Of a stretch of 64,000 nucleotides of DNA, positions 41,009 through 56,000 are shown piece by piece (within the stretch, counting starts at the first letter, position 1; each line of letters begins with the position of its first letter). The notes under the pieces are model-generated. The model was not told where the DNA came from. It saw nothing but the letters and a program-made list of their open reading frames with translations, and ran no database searches. The stretch lies in the NCBI GenBank assembly GCA_964057225.1, contig CAXKVF010000074.1, positions 744,001 through 808,000 of the forward strand, written 5' to 3'. The DNA comes from Auanema rhodensis (taxonomy: Eukaryota; Animalia; Nematoda). The translations under genes and the position numbers were made by a program.

Positions 41009-44000
41009 TTGATATTGGTGCATGGTAACCATGACTTTGAAATTTACGTGAACTTTAATTTATGCTAATTAAATGTACACGTGATGTGCACTTGGTATGT
41101 AACTCGCTTCACGTGAAAGATAAAGAGATGCGGTTTTCAAAATTAGATTCCCCATGTCCATATTAGTCTAAAAACAAATTTTTATTGATATTGGTGCATG
41201 GTAACCATGACTTTGAAATTTACGTGAACTTTAATTTATGCTAATTAAATGTACACGTGATGTGCACTTGGTATGTAACTCGCTTCACGTGAAAGATAAA
41301 GAGATGCGGTTTTCAAAATTAGATTCCCCATGTCCATATTAGTCTAAAAACAAATTTTTATTGATATTGGTTCATGGTAACCATGACTTTGAAATTTACG
41401 TGAACTTTAATTTATGCTAATTAAATGTACACGTGATGTGCACTTGGTATGTAACTCGCTTCACGTGAAAGATAAAGAGATGCGGTTTTCAAAATTAGAT
41501 TCCCCATGTCCATATTAGTCTAAAAACAAATTTTTATTGATATTGGTTCATGGTAACCATGACTTTGAAATTTACGTGAACTTTAATTTATGCTAATTAA
41601 ATGTACACGTGATGTGCACTTGGTATGTAACTCGCTTCACGTGAAAGATAAAGAGATGCGCTTTTCAAAATTAGATTCCCCATGTCCATATTAGTCTAAA
41701 AACAAATTTTCATTGATATTGGTGCATGGTAACCATGACTTTGAATTTTACGTGAACTTTAATTTATGCTAATTAAATGTACACGTGATGTGCACTTGGT
41801 ATGTAACTCGCTTCACGTGAAAGATAAAGAGATGCGGTTTTCAAAATTAGATTCCCCATGTCCATATTAGTCTAAAAACAAATTTTTATTGATATTGGTT
41901 CATGGTAACCATGACTTTGAAATTTACGTGAACTTTAATTTATGCTAATTAAATGTACACGTGATGTGCACTTGGTATGTAACTCGCTTCACGTGAAAGA
42001 TAAAGAGATGCGGTTTTCAAAATTAGATTCCCCATGTCCATATTAGTCTAAAAACAAATTTTTATTGATATTGGTTCATGGTAACCATGACTTTGAAATT
42101 TACGTGAACTTTAATTTATGCTAATTAAATGTACACGTGATGTGCACTTGGTATGTAACTCGCTTCACGTGAAAGATAAAGAGATGCGGTTTTCAAAATC
42201 AGATTCCCCATGTCCATATTAGTCTAAAAACAAATTTTTATTGATATTGGTGCATGGTAACCATGACTTTGAAATTTACGTGAACTTTAATTTATGCTAA
42301 TTAAATGTACACGTGATGTGCACTTGGTATGTAACTCGCTTCACGTGAAAGATAAAGAGATGCGGTTTTCAAAATTAGATTTCCCATGTCCATATTAGTC
42401 TAAAAACAAATTTTTATTGATATTGGTGCATGGTAACCATGACTTTGAAATTTACGTGAACTTTAATTTATGCTAATTAAATGTACACGTGATGTGCACT
42501 TGGTATGTAACTCGCTTCACGTGAAAGATAAAGAGATGCGGTTTTCAAAATTAGATTCCCCATGTCCATATTAGTCTAAAAACAAATTTTTATTGATATT
42601 GGTTCATGGTAACCATGACTTTGAAATTTACGTGAACTTTAATTTATGCTAATTAAATGTACACGTGATGTGCACTTGGTATGTAACTCGCTTCACGTGA
42701 AAGATAAAGAGATGCGGTTTTCAAAATTAGATTCCCCATGTCCATATTAGTCTAAAAACAAATTTTTATTGATATTGGTTCATGGTAACCATGACTTTGA
42801 AATTTACGTGAACTTTAATTTATGCTAATTAAATGTACACGTGATGTGCACTTGGTATGTAACTCGCTTCACGTGAAAGATAAAGAGATGCGCTTTTCAA
42901 AATTAGATTCCCCATGTCCATATTAGTCTAAAAACAAATTTTCATTGATATTGGTGCATGGTAACCATGACTTTGAATTTTACGTGAACTTTAATTTATG
43001 CTAATTAAATGTACACGTGATGTGCACTTGGTATGTAACTCGCTTCACGTGAAAGATAAAGAGATGCGGTTTTCAAAATTAGATTCCCCATGTCCATATT
43101 AGTCTAAAAACAAATTTTTATTGATATTGGTTCATGGTAACCATGACTTTGAAATTTACGTGAACTTTAATTTATGCTAATTAAATGTACACGTGATGTG
43201 CACTTGGTATGTAACTCGCTTCACGTGAAAGATAAAGAGATGCGGTTTTCAAAATTAGATTCCCCATGTCCATATTAGTCTAAAAACAAATTTTTATTGA
43301 TATTGGTTTATGGTAACCATGACTTTGAAATTTACGTGAACTTTAATTTATGCTAATTAAATGTACACGTGATGTGCACTTGGTATGTAACTCGCTTCAC
43401 GTGAAAGATAAAGAGATGCGGTTTTCAAAATTAGATTCCCCATGTCCATATTAGTCTAAAAACAAATTTTTATTGATATTGGTTCATGGTAACCATGACT
43501 TTGAAATTTACGTAAACTTTAATTTATGCTAATTAAATGTACACGTGATGTGCACTTGGTATGTAACTCGCTTCACGTGAAAGATAAAGAGATGCGGTTT
43601 TCAAAATTAGATTCCCCATGTCCATATTAGTCTAAAAACAAATTTTTATTGATATTGGTTCATGGTAACCATGACTTTGAATTTAACGTGAACTTTAATT
43701 TATGCTAATTAAATGTACACGTGATGTGCACTTGGTATGTAACTCGCTTCACGTGAAAGATAAAGAGATGCGGTTTTCAAAATTAGATTCCCCATGTCCA
43801 TATTAGTCTAAAAACAAATTTTTATTGATATTGGTGCATGGTAACCATGACTTTGAAATTTACGTGAACTTTAATTTATGCTAATTAAATGTACACGTGA
43901 TGTGCACTTGGTATGTAACTCGCTTCACGTGAAAGATAAAGAGATGCGGTTTTCAAAATTAGATTCCCCATGTCCATATTAGTCTAAAAACAAATTTTTA

Positions 44001-47000
44001 TTGATATTGGTTCATGGTAACCATGACTTTGAAATTTACGTGAACTTTAATTTATGCTAATTAAATGTACACGTGATGTGCACTTGGTATGTAACTCGCT
44101 TCACGTGAAAGATAAAGAGATGCGGTTTTCAAAATTAGATTCCCCATGTCCATATTAGTTTAAAAACAAATTTTTATTGATATTGGTGCATGGTAACCAT
44201 GACTTTGAAATTTACGTGAACTTTAATTTATGCTAATTAAATGTACACGTGATGTGCACTTGGTATGTAACTCGCTTCACGTGAAAGATAAAGAGATGCG
44301 GTTTTCAAAATTAGATTCCCCATGTCCATATTAGTCTAAAAACAAATTTTTATTGATATTGGTTCATGGTAACCATGACTTTGAAATTTACGTGAACTTT
44401 AATTTATGCTAATTAAATGTACACGTGATGTGCACTTGGTATGTAACTCGCTTCACGTGAAAGATAAAGAGATGCGGTTTTCAAAATTAGATTCCCCATG
44501 TCCATATTAGTCTAAAAACAAATTTTTATTGATATTGGTGCATGGTAACCATGACTTTGAAATTTACGTGAACTTTAATTTATGCTAATTAAATGTACAC
44601 GTGATGTGCACTTGGTATGTAACTCGCTTCACGTGAAAGATAAAGAGATGCGGTTTTCAAAATTAGATTCCCCATGTCCATATTAGTCTAAAAACAAATT
44701 TTTATTGATATTGGTGCATGGTAACCATGACTTTGAAATTTACGTGAACTTTAATTTATGCTAATTAAATGTACACGAGATGTGCACTTAGTATGTAACT
44801 CGCTTCACGTGAAAGATAAAGAGATGCGGTTTTCAAAATTAGATTCCCCATGTCCATATTAGTCTAAAAACAAATTTTTATTGATATTGGTGCATGGTAA
44901 CCATGACTTTGAAATTTACGTGAACTTTAATTTATGCTAATTAAATGTACACGAGATGTGCACTTAGTATGTAACTCGCTTCACGTGAAAGATAAAGAGA
45001 TGCGGTTTTCAAAATTAGATTCCCCATGTACATATTAGTCTAAAAACAAATTTTTATTGATATTGGTTCATGGTAACCATGACTTTGAAATTTACGTGAA
45101 CTTTAATTTATGCTAATTAAATGTATACGTGGTGTGCACTTGGTATGTAACTCGCTTCACGTGAAAGATAAAGAGATGCGGTTTTCAAAATTAGATTCCC
45201 CATGTCCATATTAGTCTAAAAACAAATTTTTATTGATATTGGTGCATGGTAACCATGACTTTGAAATTTACGTGAACTTTAATTTATGCTAATTAAATGT
45301 ACACGTGATGTGCACTTGGTATGTAACTCGCTTCACGTGAAAGATAAAGAGATGCGGTTTTCAAAATTAGATTCCCCATGTGCATATTAGTCTAAAAACA
45401 AATTTTTATTGATATTGGTGCATGGTAACCATGACTTTGAAATTTACGTGAACTTTAATTTATGCTAATTAAATGTACACGTGATGTGCACTTGGTATGT
45501 AACTCGCTTCACGTGAAAGATAAGGAGATGCGGTTTTCAAAATTAGATTCCCCATGTCCATATTAGTCTAAAAACAAATTTTTATTGATATTGGTGCATG
45601 GTAACCATGACTTTGAAATTTACGTGAACTTTAATTTATGCTAATTAAATGTACACGTGATGTGCACTTGGTATGTAACTCGCTTCACGTGAAAGATAAA
45701 GAGATGCGGTTTTCAAAATTAGATTCGCCATGTCCATATTAGTCTAAAAACAAATTTTTATTGATATTGGTTCATGGTAACCATGACTTTGAAATTTACG
45801 TGAACTTTAATTTATGCTAATTAAATGTACACGTGATGTGCACTTGGTATGTAACTCGCTTCACGTGAAAGATAAAGAGATGCGGTTTTCAAAATTAGAT
45901 TCCCCATGTCCATATTAGTCTAAAAACAAATTTTTATTGATATTGGTTCATGGTAACCATGACTTTGAATTTAACGTGAACTTTAATTTATGCTAATTAA
46001 ATGTACACGTGATGTGCACTTGGTATGTAACTCGCTTCACGTGAAAGATAAAGAGATGCGGTTTTCAAAATTAGATTCCCCATGTCCATATTAGTCTAAC
46101 AACAAATTTGTGTTGATATTGGTGCATGGTAACCATGACTTTGAAATTTACGTGAACTTTAATTTATGCTAATTAAATGTACACGTGATGTGCACTTGGT
46201 ATGTAACTCGCTTCACGTGAAAGATAAAGAGATGCGGTTTTCAAAATTAGATTCCCCATGTCCATATTAGTCTAAAAACAAATTTTTATTGATATTGGTT
46301 CATGGTAACCATGACTTTGAAATTTACGTGAACTTTAATTTATGCTAATTAAATGTACACGTGATGTGCACTTGGTATGTAACTCGCTTCACGTGAAAGA
46401 TAAAGAGATGCGGTTTTCAAAATTAGATTCCCCATGTCCATATTAGTCTAAAAACAAATTTTTATTGATATTGGTTCATGGTAACCATGACTTTGAAATT
46501 TACGTGAACTTTAATTTATGCTAATTAAATGTACACGTGATGTGCACTTGGTATGTAACTCGCTTCACGTGAAAGATAAAGAGATGTGCTTTTCAAAATT
46601 AGATTCCCCATGTCCATATTAGTCTAAAAACAAATTTTCATTGATATTGGTGCATGGTAACCATGACTTTGAATTTTACGTGAACTTTAATTTATGCTAA
46701 TTAAATGTACACGTGATGTGCACTTGGTATGTAACTCGCTTCACGTGAAAGATAAAGAGATGCGGTTTTCAAAATTAGATTCCCCATGTCCATATTAGTC
46801 TAAAAACAAATTTTTATTGATATTGGTTCATGGTAACCATGACTTTGAAATTTACGTGAACTTTAATTTATGCTAATTAAATGTACACGTGATGTGCACT
46901 TGGTATGTAACTCGCTTCACGTGAAAGATAAAGAGATGCGGTTTTCAAAATTAGATTCCCCATGTCCATATTAGTCTAAAAACAAATTTTTATTGATATT

Positions 47001-50000
47001 GGTTCATGGTAACCATGACTTTGAAATTTACGTGAACTTTAATTTATGCTAATTAAATGTACACGTGATGTGCACTTGGTATGTAACTCGCTTCACGTGA
47101 AAGATAAAGAGATGCGGTTTTCAAAATTAGATTCCCCATGTCCATATTAGTCTAAAAACAAATTTTTATTGATATTGGTTCATGGTAACCATGACTTTGA
47201 AATTTACGTAAACTTTAATTTATGCTAATTAAATGTACACGTGATGTGCACTTGGTATGTAACTCGCTTCACGTGAAAGATAAAGAGATGCGGTTTTCAA
47301 AATTAGATTCCCCATGTCCATATTAGTCTAAAAACAAATTTTTATTGATATTGGTTCATGGTAACCATGACTTTGAATTTAACGTGAACTTTAATTTATG
47401 CTAATTAAATGTACACGTGATGTGCACTTGGTATGTAACTCGCTTCACGTGAAAGATAAAGAGATGCGGTTTTCAAAATTAGATTCCCCATGTCCATATT
47501 AGTCTAAAAACAAATTTTTATTGATATTGGTGCATGGTAACCATGACTTTGAAATTTACGTGAACTTTAATTTATGCTAATTAAATGTACACGTGATGTG
47601 CACTTGGTATGTAACTCGCTTCACGTGAAAGATAAAGAGATGCGGTTTTCAAAATTAGATTCCCCATGTCCATATTAGTCTAAAAACAATTTTTTATTGA
47701 TATTGGTTCATGGTAACCATGACTTTGAAATTTACGTGAACTTTAATTTATGCTAATTAAATGTACACGTGATGTGCACTTGGTATGTAACTCGCTTCAC
47801 GTGAAAGATAAAGAGATGCGGTTTTCAAAATTAGATTCCCCATGTCCATATTAGTTTAAAAACAAATTTTTATTGATATTGGTGCATGGTAACCATGACT
47901 TTGAAATTTACGTGAACTTTAATTTATGCTAATTAAATGTACACGTGATGTGCACTTGGTATGTAACTCGCTTCACGTGAAAGATAAAGAGATGCGGTTT
48001 TCAAAATTAGATTCCCCATGTCCATATTAGTCTAAAAACAAATTTTTATTGATATTGGTGCATGGTAACCATGACTTTGAAATTTACGTGAACTTTAATT
48101 TATGCTAATTAAATGTACACGTGATGTGCACTTGGTATGTAACTCGCTTCACGTGAAAGATAAAGAGATGCGGTTTTCAAAATTAGATTCCCCATGTCCA
48201 TATTAGTCTAAAAACAATTTTTTATTGATATTGGTTCATGGTAACCATGACTTTGAAATTTACGTGAACTTTAATTTATGCTAATTAAATGTACACGTGA
48301 TGTGCACTTGGTATGTAACTCGCTTCACGTGAAAGATAAAGAGATGCGGTTTTCAAAATTAGATTCCCCATGTCCATATTAGTTTAAAAACAAATTTTTA
48401 TTGATATTGGTGCATGGTAACCATGACTTTGAAATTTACGTGAACTTTAATTTATGCTAATTAAATGTACACGTGATGTGCACTTGGTATGTAACTCGCT
48501 TCACGTGAAAGATAAAGAGATGCGGTTTTCAAAATTAGATTCCCCATGTCCATATTAGTCTAAAAACAAATTTTTATTGATATTGGTTCATGGTAACCAT
48601 GACTTTGAAATTTACGTGAACTTTAATTTATGCTAATTAAATGTACACGTGATGTGCACTTGGTATGTAACTCGCTTCACGTGAAAGATAAAGAGATGCG
48701 GTTTTCAAAATTAGATTCCCCATGTCCATATTAGTCTAAAAACAAATTTTTATTGATATTGGTGCATGGTAACCATGACTTTGAAATTTACGTGAACTTT
48801 AATTTATGCTAATTAAATGTACACGTGATGTGCACTTGGTATGTAACTCGCTTCACGTGAAAGATAAAGAGATGCGGTTTTCAAAATTAGATTCCCCATG
48901 TCCATATTAGTCTAAAAACAAATTTTTATTGATATTGGTGCATGGTAACCATGACTTTGAAATTTACGTGAACTTTAATTTATGCTAATTAAATGTACAC
49001 GAGATGTGCACTTAGTATGTAACTCGCTTCACGTGAAAGATAAAGAGATGCGGTTTTCAAAATTAGATTCCCCATGTCCATATTAGTCTAAAAACAAATT
49101 TTTATTGATATTGGTGCATGGTAACCATGACTTTGAAATTTACGTGAACTTTAATTTATGCTAATTAAATGTACACGAGATGTGCACTTAGTATGTAACT
49201 CGCTTCACGTGAAAGATAAAGAGATGCGGTTTTCAAAATTAGATTCCCCATGTACATATTAGTCTAAAAACAAATTTTTATTGATATTGGTTCATGGTAA
49301 CCATGACTTTGAAATTTACGTGAACTTTAATTTATGCTAATTAAATGTATACGTGGTGTGCACTTGGTATGTAACTCGCTTCACGTGAAAGATAAAGAGA
49401 TGCGGTTTTCAAAATTAGATTCCCCATGTCCATATTAGTCTAAAAACAAATTTTTATTGATATTGGTGCATGGTAACCATGACTTTGAAATTTACGTGAA
49501 CTTTAATTTATGCTAATTAAATGTACACGTGATGTGCACTTGGTATGTAACTCGCTTCACGTGAAAGATAAAGAGATGCGGTTTTCAAAATTAGATTCCC
49601 CATGTCCATATTAGTCTAAAAACAAATTTTTATTGATATTGGTTCATGGTAACCATGACTTTGAAATTTACGTGAACTTTAATTTATGCTAATTAAATGT
49701 ACACGTGATGTGCACTTGGTATGTAACTCGCTTCACGTGAAAGATAAAGAGATGCGGTTTTCAAAATTAGATTCCCCATGTCCATATTAGTCTAAAAACA
49801 AATTTTTATTGATATTGGTGCATGGTAACCATGACTTTGAAATTTACGTGAACTTTAATTTATGCTAATTAAATGTACACGAGATGTGCACTTAGTATGT
49901 AACTCGCTTCACGTGAAAGATAAAGAGATGCGGTTTTCAAAATTAGATTCCCCATGTCCATATTAGTCTAAAAACAAATTTTTATTGATATTGGTGCATG

Positions 50001-53000
50001 GTAACCATGACTTTGAAATTTACGTGAACTTTAATTTATGCTAATTAAATGTACACGAGATGTGCACTTAGTATGTAACTCGCTTCACGTGAAAGATAAA
50101 GAGATGCGGTTTTCAAAATTAGATTCCCCATGTACATATTAGTCTAAAAACAAATTTTTATTGATATTGGTTCATGGTAACCATGACTTTGAAATTTACG
50201 TGAACTTTAATTTATGCTAATTAAATGTATACGTGGTGTGCACTTGGTATGTAACTCGCTTCACGTGAAAGATAAAGAGATGCGGTTTTCAAAATTAGAT
50301 TCCCCATGTCCATATTAGTCTAAAAACAAATTTTTATTGATATTGGTGCATGGTAACCATGACTTTGAAATTTACGTGAACTTTAATTTATGCTAATTAA
50401 ATGTACACGTGATGTGCACTTGGTATGTAACTCGCTTCACGTGAAAGATAAAGAGATGCGGTTTTCAAAATTAGATTCCCCATGTCCATATTAGTCTAAA
50501 AACAAATTTTTATTGATATTGGTTCATGGTAACCATGACTTTGAAATTTACGTGAACTTTAATTTATGCTAATTAAATGTACACGTGATGTGCACTTGGT
50601 ATGTAACTCGCTTCACGTGAAAGATAAAGAGATGCGGTTTTCAAAATTAGATTCCCCATGTCCATATTAGTCTAAAAACAAATTTTTATTGATATTGGTT
50701 CATGGTAACCATGACTTTGAAATTTACGTAAACTTTAATTTATGCTAATTAAATGTACACGTGATGTGCACTTGGTATGTAACTCGCTTCACGTGAAAGA
50801 TAAAGAGATGCGGTTTTCAAAATTAGATTCCCCATGTCCATATTAGTCTAAAAACAAATTTTTATTGATATTGGTTCATGGTAACCATGACTTTGAATTT
50901 AACGTGAACTTTAATTTATGCTAATTAAATGTACACGTGATGTGCACTTGGTATGTAACTCGCTTCACGTGAAAGATAAAGAGATGCGGTTTTCAAAATT
51001 AGATTCCCCATGTCCATATTAGTCTAAAAACAAATTTTTATTGATATTGGTGCATGGTAACCATGACTTTGAAATTTACGTGAACTTTAATTTATGCTAA
51101 TTAAATGTACACGTGATGTGCACTTGGTATGTAACTCGCTTCACGTGAAAGATAAAGAGATGCGGTTTTCAAAATTAGATTCGCCATGTCCATATTAGTC
51201 TAAAAACAAATTTTTATTGATATTGGTTCATGGTAACCATGACTTTGAAATTTACGTGAACTTTAATTTATGCTAATTAAATGTACACGTGATGTGCACT
51301 TGGTATGTAACTCGCTTCACGTGAAAGATAAAGAGATGCGGTTTTCAAAATTAGATTCCCCATGTCCATATTAGTCTAAAAACAAATTTTTATTGATATT
51401 GGTTCATGGTAACCATGACTTTGAAATTTACGTGAACTTTAATTTATGCTAATTAAATGTACACGTGATGTGCACTTGGTATGTAACTCGCTTCACGTGA
51501 AAGATAAAGAGATGCGGTTTTCAAAATTAGATTCCCCATGTCCATATTAGTCTAAAAACAAATTTTTATTGATATTGGTGCATGGTAACCATGACTTTGA
51601 AATTTACGTGAACTTTAATTTATGCTAATTAAATGTACACGTGATGTGCACTTGGTATGTAACTCGCTTCACGTGAAAGATAAAGAGATGCGGTTTTCAA
51701 AATTAGATTCCCCATGTCCATATTAGTCTAAAAACAAATTTTTATTGATATTGGTGCATGGTAACCATGACTTTGAAATTTACGTGAACTTTAATTTATG
51801 CTAATTAAATGTACACGTGATGTGCACTTGGTATGTAACTCGCTTCACGTGAAAGATAAAGAGATGCGGTTTTCAAAATTAGATTCCCCATGTCCATATT
51901 AGTTTAAAAACAAATTTTTATTGATATTGGTGCATGGTAACCATGACTTTGAAAGTTACGTGAACTTTAATTTATGCTAATTAAATGTACACGTGATGTG
52001 CATTTGGTATGTAACCCGCTTCACGTGAAAGATAAAGAGATGTGGTTTTCAAAATTAGATTCCCCATGTCCATATTAGTCTAAAAACAAATTTTTATTGA
52101 TATTGGTTCATGGTAACCATGACTTTGAAATTTACGTGAACTTTAATTTATGCTAATTAAATGTACACGTGATGTGCACTTGGTATGTAACTCGCTTCAC
52201 GTGAAAGATAAAGAGATGCGGTTTTTAAAATTAGATTCCCCATGTCCATATTAGTCTAAAAACAAATTTTTATTGATATTGGTGCATGGTAACCATGACT
52301 TTGAAATTTACGTGAACTTTAATTTATGCTAATTAAATGTACACGTGATGTGCACTTGGTATGTAACTCGCTTCACGTGAAAGATGAAGAGATGCGGTTT
52401 GCAAAATTAGATTCCCCATGTCCATATTAGTCTAAAAACAAATTTTTATTGATATTGGTGCATGGTAACCATGACTTTGAAAGTTACGTGAACTTTAATT
52501 TATGCTAATTAAATGTACACGTGATGTGCACTTGGTATGTAACTCGCTTCACGTGAAAGATAAAGAGATGTGGTTTTCAAAATTAGATTCCCCATGTCCA
52601 TATTAGTCTAAAAACAAATTTTTATTGATATTGGTTCATGGTAACCATGACTTTGAAATTTACGTGAACTTTAATTTATGCTAATTAAATGTACACGTGA
52701 TGTGCACTTGGTATGTAACTCGCTTCACGTGAAAGATGAAGAGATGCGGTTTTCAAAATTAGATTCCCCATGTCCATATTAGTCTAAAAACAAATTTTTA
52801 TTGATATTGGTTCATGGTAACCATGACTTTGAAATTTACGTGAACTTTAATTTATGCTAATTAAATGTACACGTGATGTGCACTTGGTATGTAACTCGCT
52901 TCACGTGAAAGATAAAGAGATGCGGTTTTTAAAATTAGATTCCCCATGTCCATATTAGTCTAAAAACAAATTTTTATTGATATTGGTGCATGGTAACCAT

Positions 53001-56000
53001 GACTTTGAAATTTACGTGAACTTTAATTTATGCTAATTAAATGTACACGTGATGTGCACTTGGTATGTAACTCGCTTCACGTGAAAGATGAAGAGATGCG
53101 GTTTGCAAAATTAGATTCCCCATGTCCATATTAGTCTAAAAACAAATTTTTATTGATATTGGTGCATGGTAACCATGACTTTGAAAGTTACGTGAACTTT
53201 AATTTATGCTAATTAAATGTACACGTGATGTGCACTTGGTATGTAACTCGCTTCACGTGAAAGATAAAGAGATGTGGTTTTCAAAATTAGATTCCCCATG
53301 TCCATATTAGTCTAAAAACAAATTTTTATTGATATTGGTTCATGGTAACCATGACTTTGAAATTTACGTGAACTTTAATTTATGCTAATTAAATGTACAC
53401 GTGATGTGCACTTGGTATGTAACTCGCTTCACGTGAAAGATAAAGAGATGCGGTTTTCAAAATTAGATTCCCCATGTCCATATTAGTCTAAAAACAAATT
53501 TTTATTGATATTGGTGCATGGTAACCATGACTTTGAAATTTACGTGAACTTTAATTTATGCTAATTAAATGTACACGTGATGTGCACTTGGTATGTAACT
53601 CGCTTCACGTGAAAGATGAAGAGATGCGGTTTGCAAAATTAGATTCCCCATGTCCATATTAGTCTAAAAACAAATTTTTATTGACATTGGTGCATGGTAA
53701 CCATGACTTTGAAATTTACGTGAACTTTAATTTATGCTAATTAAATGTACACGTGATGTGCACTTGGTATGTAACTCGCTTCACGTGAAAGATAAAGAGA
53801 TGCGGTTTTCAAAATTAGATTCCCCATGTCCATATTAGTCTAAAAACAAATTTTTATTGATATTGGTGCATGGTAACCATGACTTTGAAATTTACGTGAA
53901 CTTTAATTTATGCTAATTAAATGTACACGTGATGTGCACTTGGTATGTAACTCGCTTCACGTGAAAGATGAAGAGATGCGGTTTTCAAAATTAGATTCCC
54001 CATGTCCATATTAGTCTAAAAACAAATTTTTATTGATATTGGTGCATGGTAACCATGACTTTGAAATTTACGTGAACTTTAATTTATGCTAATTAAATGT
54101 ACACGTGATGTGCACTTGGTATGTAACTCGCTTCACGTGAAAGATAAAGAGATGCGGTTTTCAAAATTAGATTCCCCATGTGCATATTAGTCTAAAAACA
54201 AATTTTTATTGATATTGGTGCATGGTAACCATGACTTTGAAATTTACGTGAACTTTAATTTATGCTAATTAAATGTACACGTGATGTGCACTTGGTATGT
54301 AACTCGCTTCACGTGAAAGATAAGGAGATGCGGTTTTCAAAATTAGATTCCCCATGTCCATATTAGTCTAAAAACAAATTTTTATTGATATTGGTGCATG
54401 GTAACCATGACTTTGAAATTTACGTGAACTTTAATTTATGCTAATTAAATGTACACGTGATGTGCACTTGGTATGTAACTCGCTTCACGTGAAAGATAAA
54501 GAGATGCGGTTTTCAAAATTAGATTCCCCATGTCCATATTAGTTTAAAAACAAATTTTTATTGATATTGGTGCATGGTAACCATGACTTTGAAATTTACG
54601 TGAACTTTAATTTATGCTAATTAAATGTACACGTGATGTGCACTTGGTATGTAACTCGCTTCACGTGAGAGATAAAGAGATGCGGTTTTCAAAATTAGAA
54701 TCCCCATGTCCATATTAGTCTAAAAACAAATTTTTATTGATATTGGTGCATGGTAACCATGACTTTGAAATTTACGTGAACTTTAATTTATGCTAATTAA
54801 ATGTACACGTGATGTGCACTTGGTATGTAACTCGCTTCACGTGAAAGATAAAGAGATGCGGTTTTCAAAATTAGATTCCCCATGTCCATATTAGTTAAAA
54901 AACAAATTTTTATTGATATTGGTGCATGGTAACCATGACTTTGAAATTTACGTGAACTTTAATTTATGCTAATTAAATGTACACGTGATGTGCACTTGGT
55001 ATGTAACTCGCTTCACGTGAGAGATAAAGAGATGCGGTTTTCAAAATTAGAATCCCCATGTCCATATTAGTCTAAAAACAAATTTTTATTGATATTGGTG
55101 CATGGTAACCATGACTTTGAAATTTACGTGAACTTTAATTTATGCTAATTAAATGTACACGTGATGTGCACTTGGTATGTAACTCGCTTCACGTGAGAGA
55201 TAAAGAGATGCGGTTTTCAAAATTAGAATCCCCATGTCCATATTAGTCTAAAAACAAATTTTTATTGATATTGATGCATGGTAACCATGACTTTGAAATT
55301 TACGTGAACTTTAATTTATGCTAATTAAATGTACACGTGATGTGCACTTGGTATGTAACTCGCTTCACGTGAAAGATAAAGAGATGCGGTTTTCAAAATT
55401 AGATTCCCCATGTCCATATTAGTTTAAAAACAAATTTTTATTGATATTGGTGCATGGTAACCATGACTTTGAAATTTACGTGAACTTTAATTTATGCTGA
55501 TTAAATGTACACGTGATGTGCACTTGGTATGTAACTCGCTTCACGTGAGAGATAAAGAGATGCGGTTTTCAAAATTAGAATCCCCATGTCCATATTAGTC
55601 TAAAAACAAATTTTTATTGATATTGGTGCATGGTAACCATGACTTTGAAATTTACGTGAACTTTAATTTATGCTAATTAAATGTACACGTGATGTGCACT
55701 TGGTATGTAACTCGCTTCACGTGAAAGATAAAGAGATGCGGTTTTCAAAATTAGATTCCCCATGTCCATATTAGTCTAAAAACAAATTTTTATTGATATT
55801 GGTGCATGGTAACCATGACTTTGAAAGTTACGTGAACTTTAATTTATGCTAATTAAATGTACACGTGATGTGCACTTGGTATGTAACTCGCTTCACGTGA
55901 AAGATAAAGAGATGCGGTTTTCAAAATTAGATTCCCCATGTCCATATTAGTCGAAAAACAAATTTTTATTGATATTGGTTCATGGTAACCATGACTTTGA

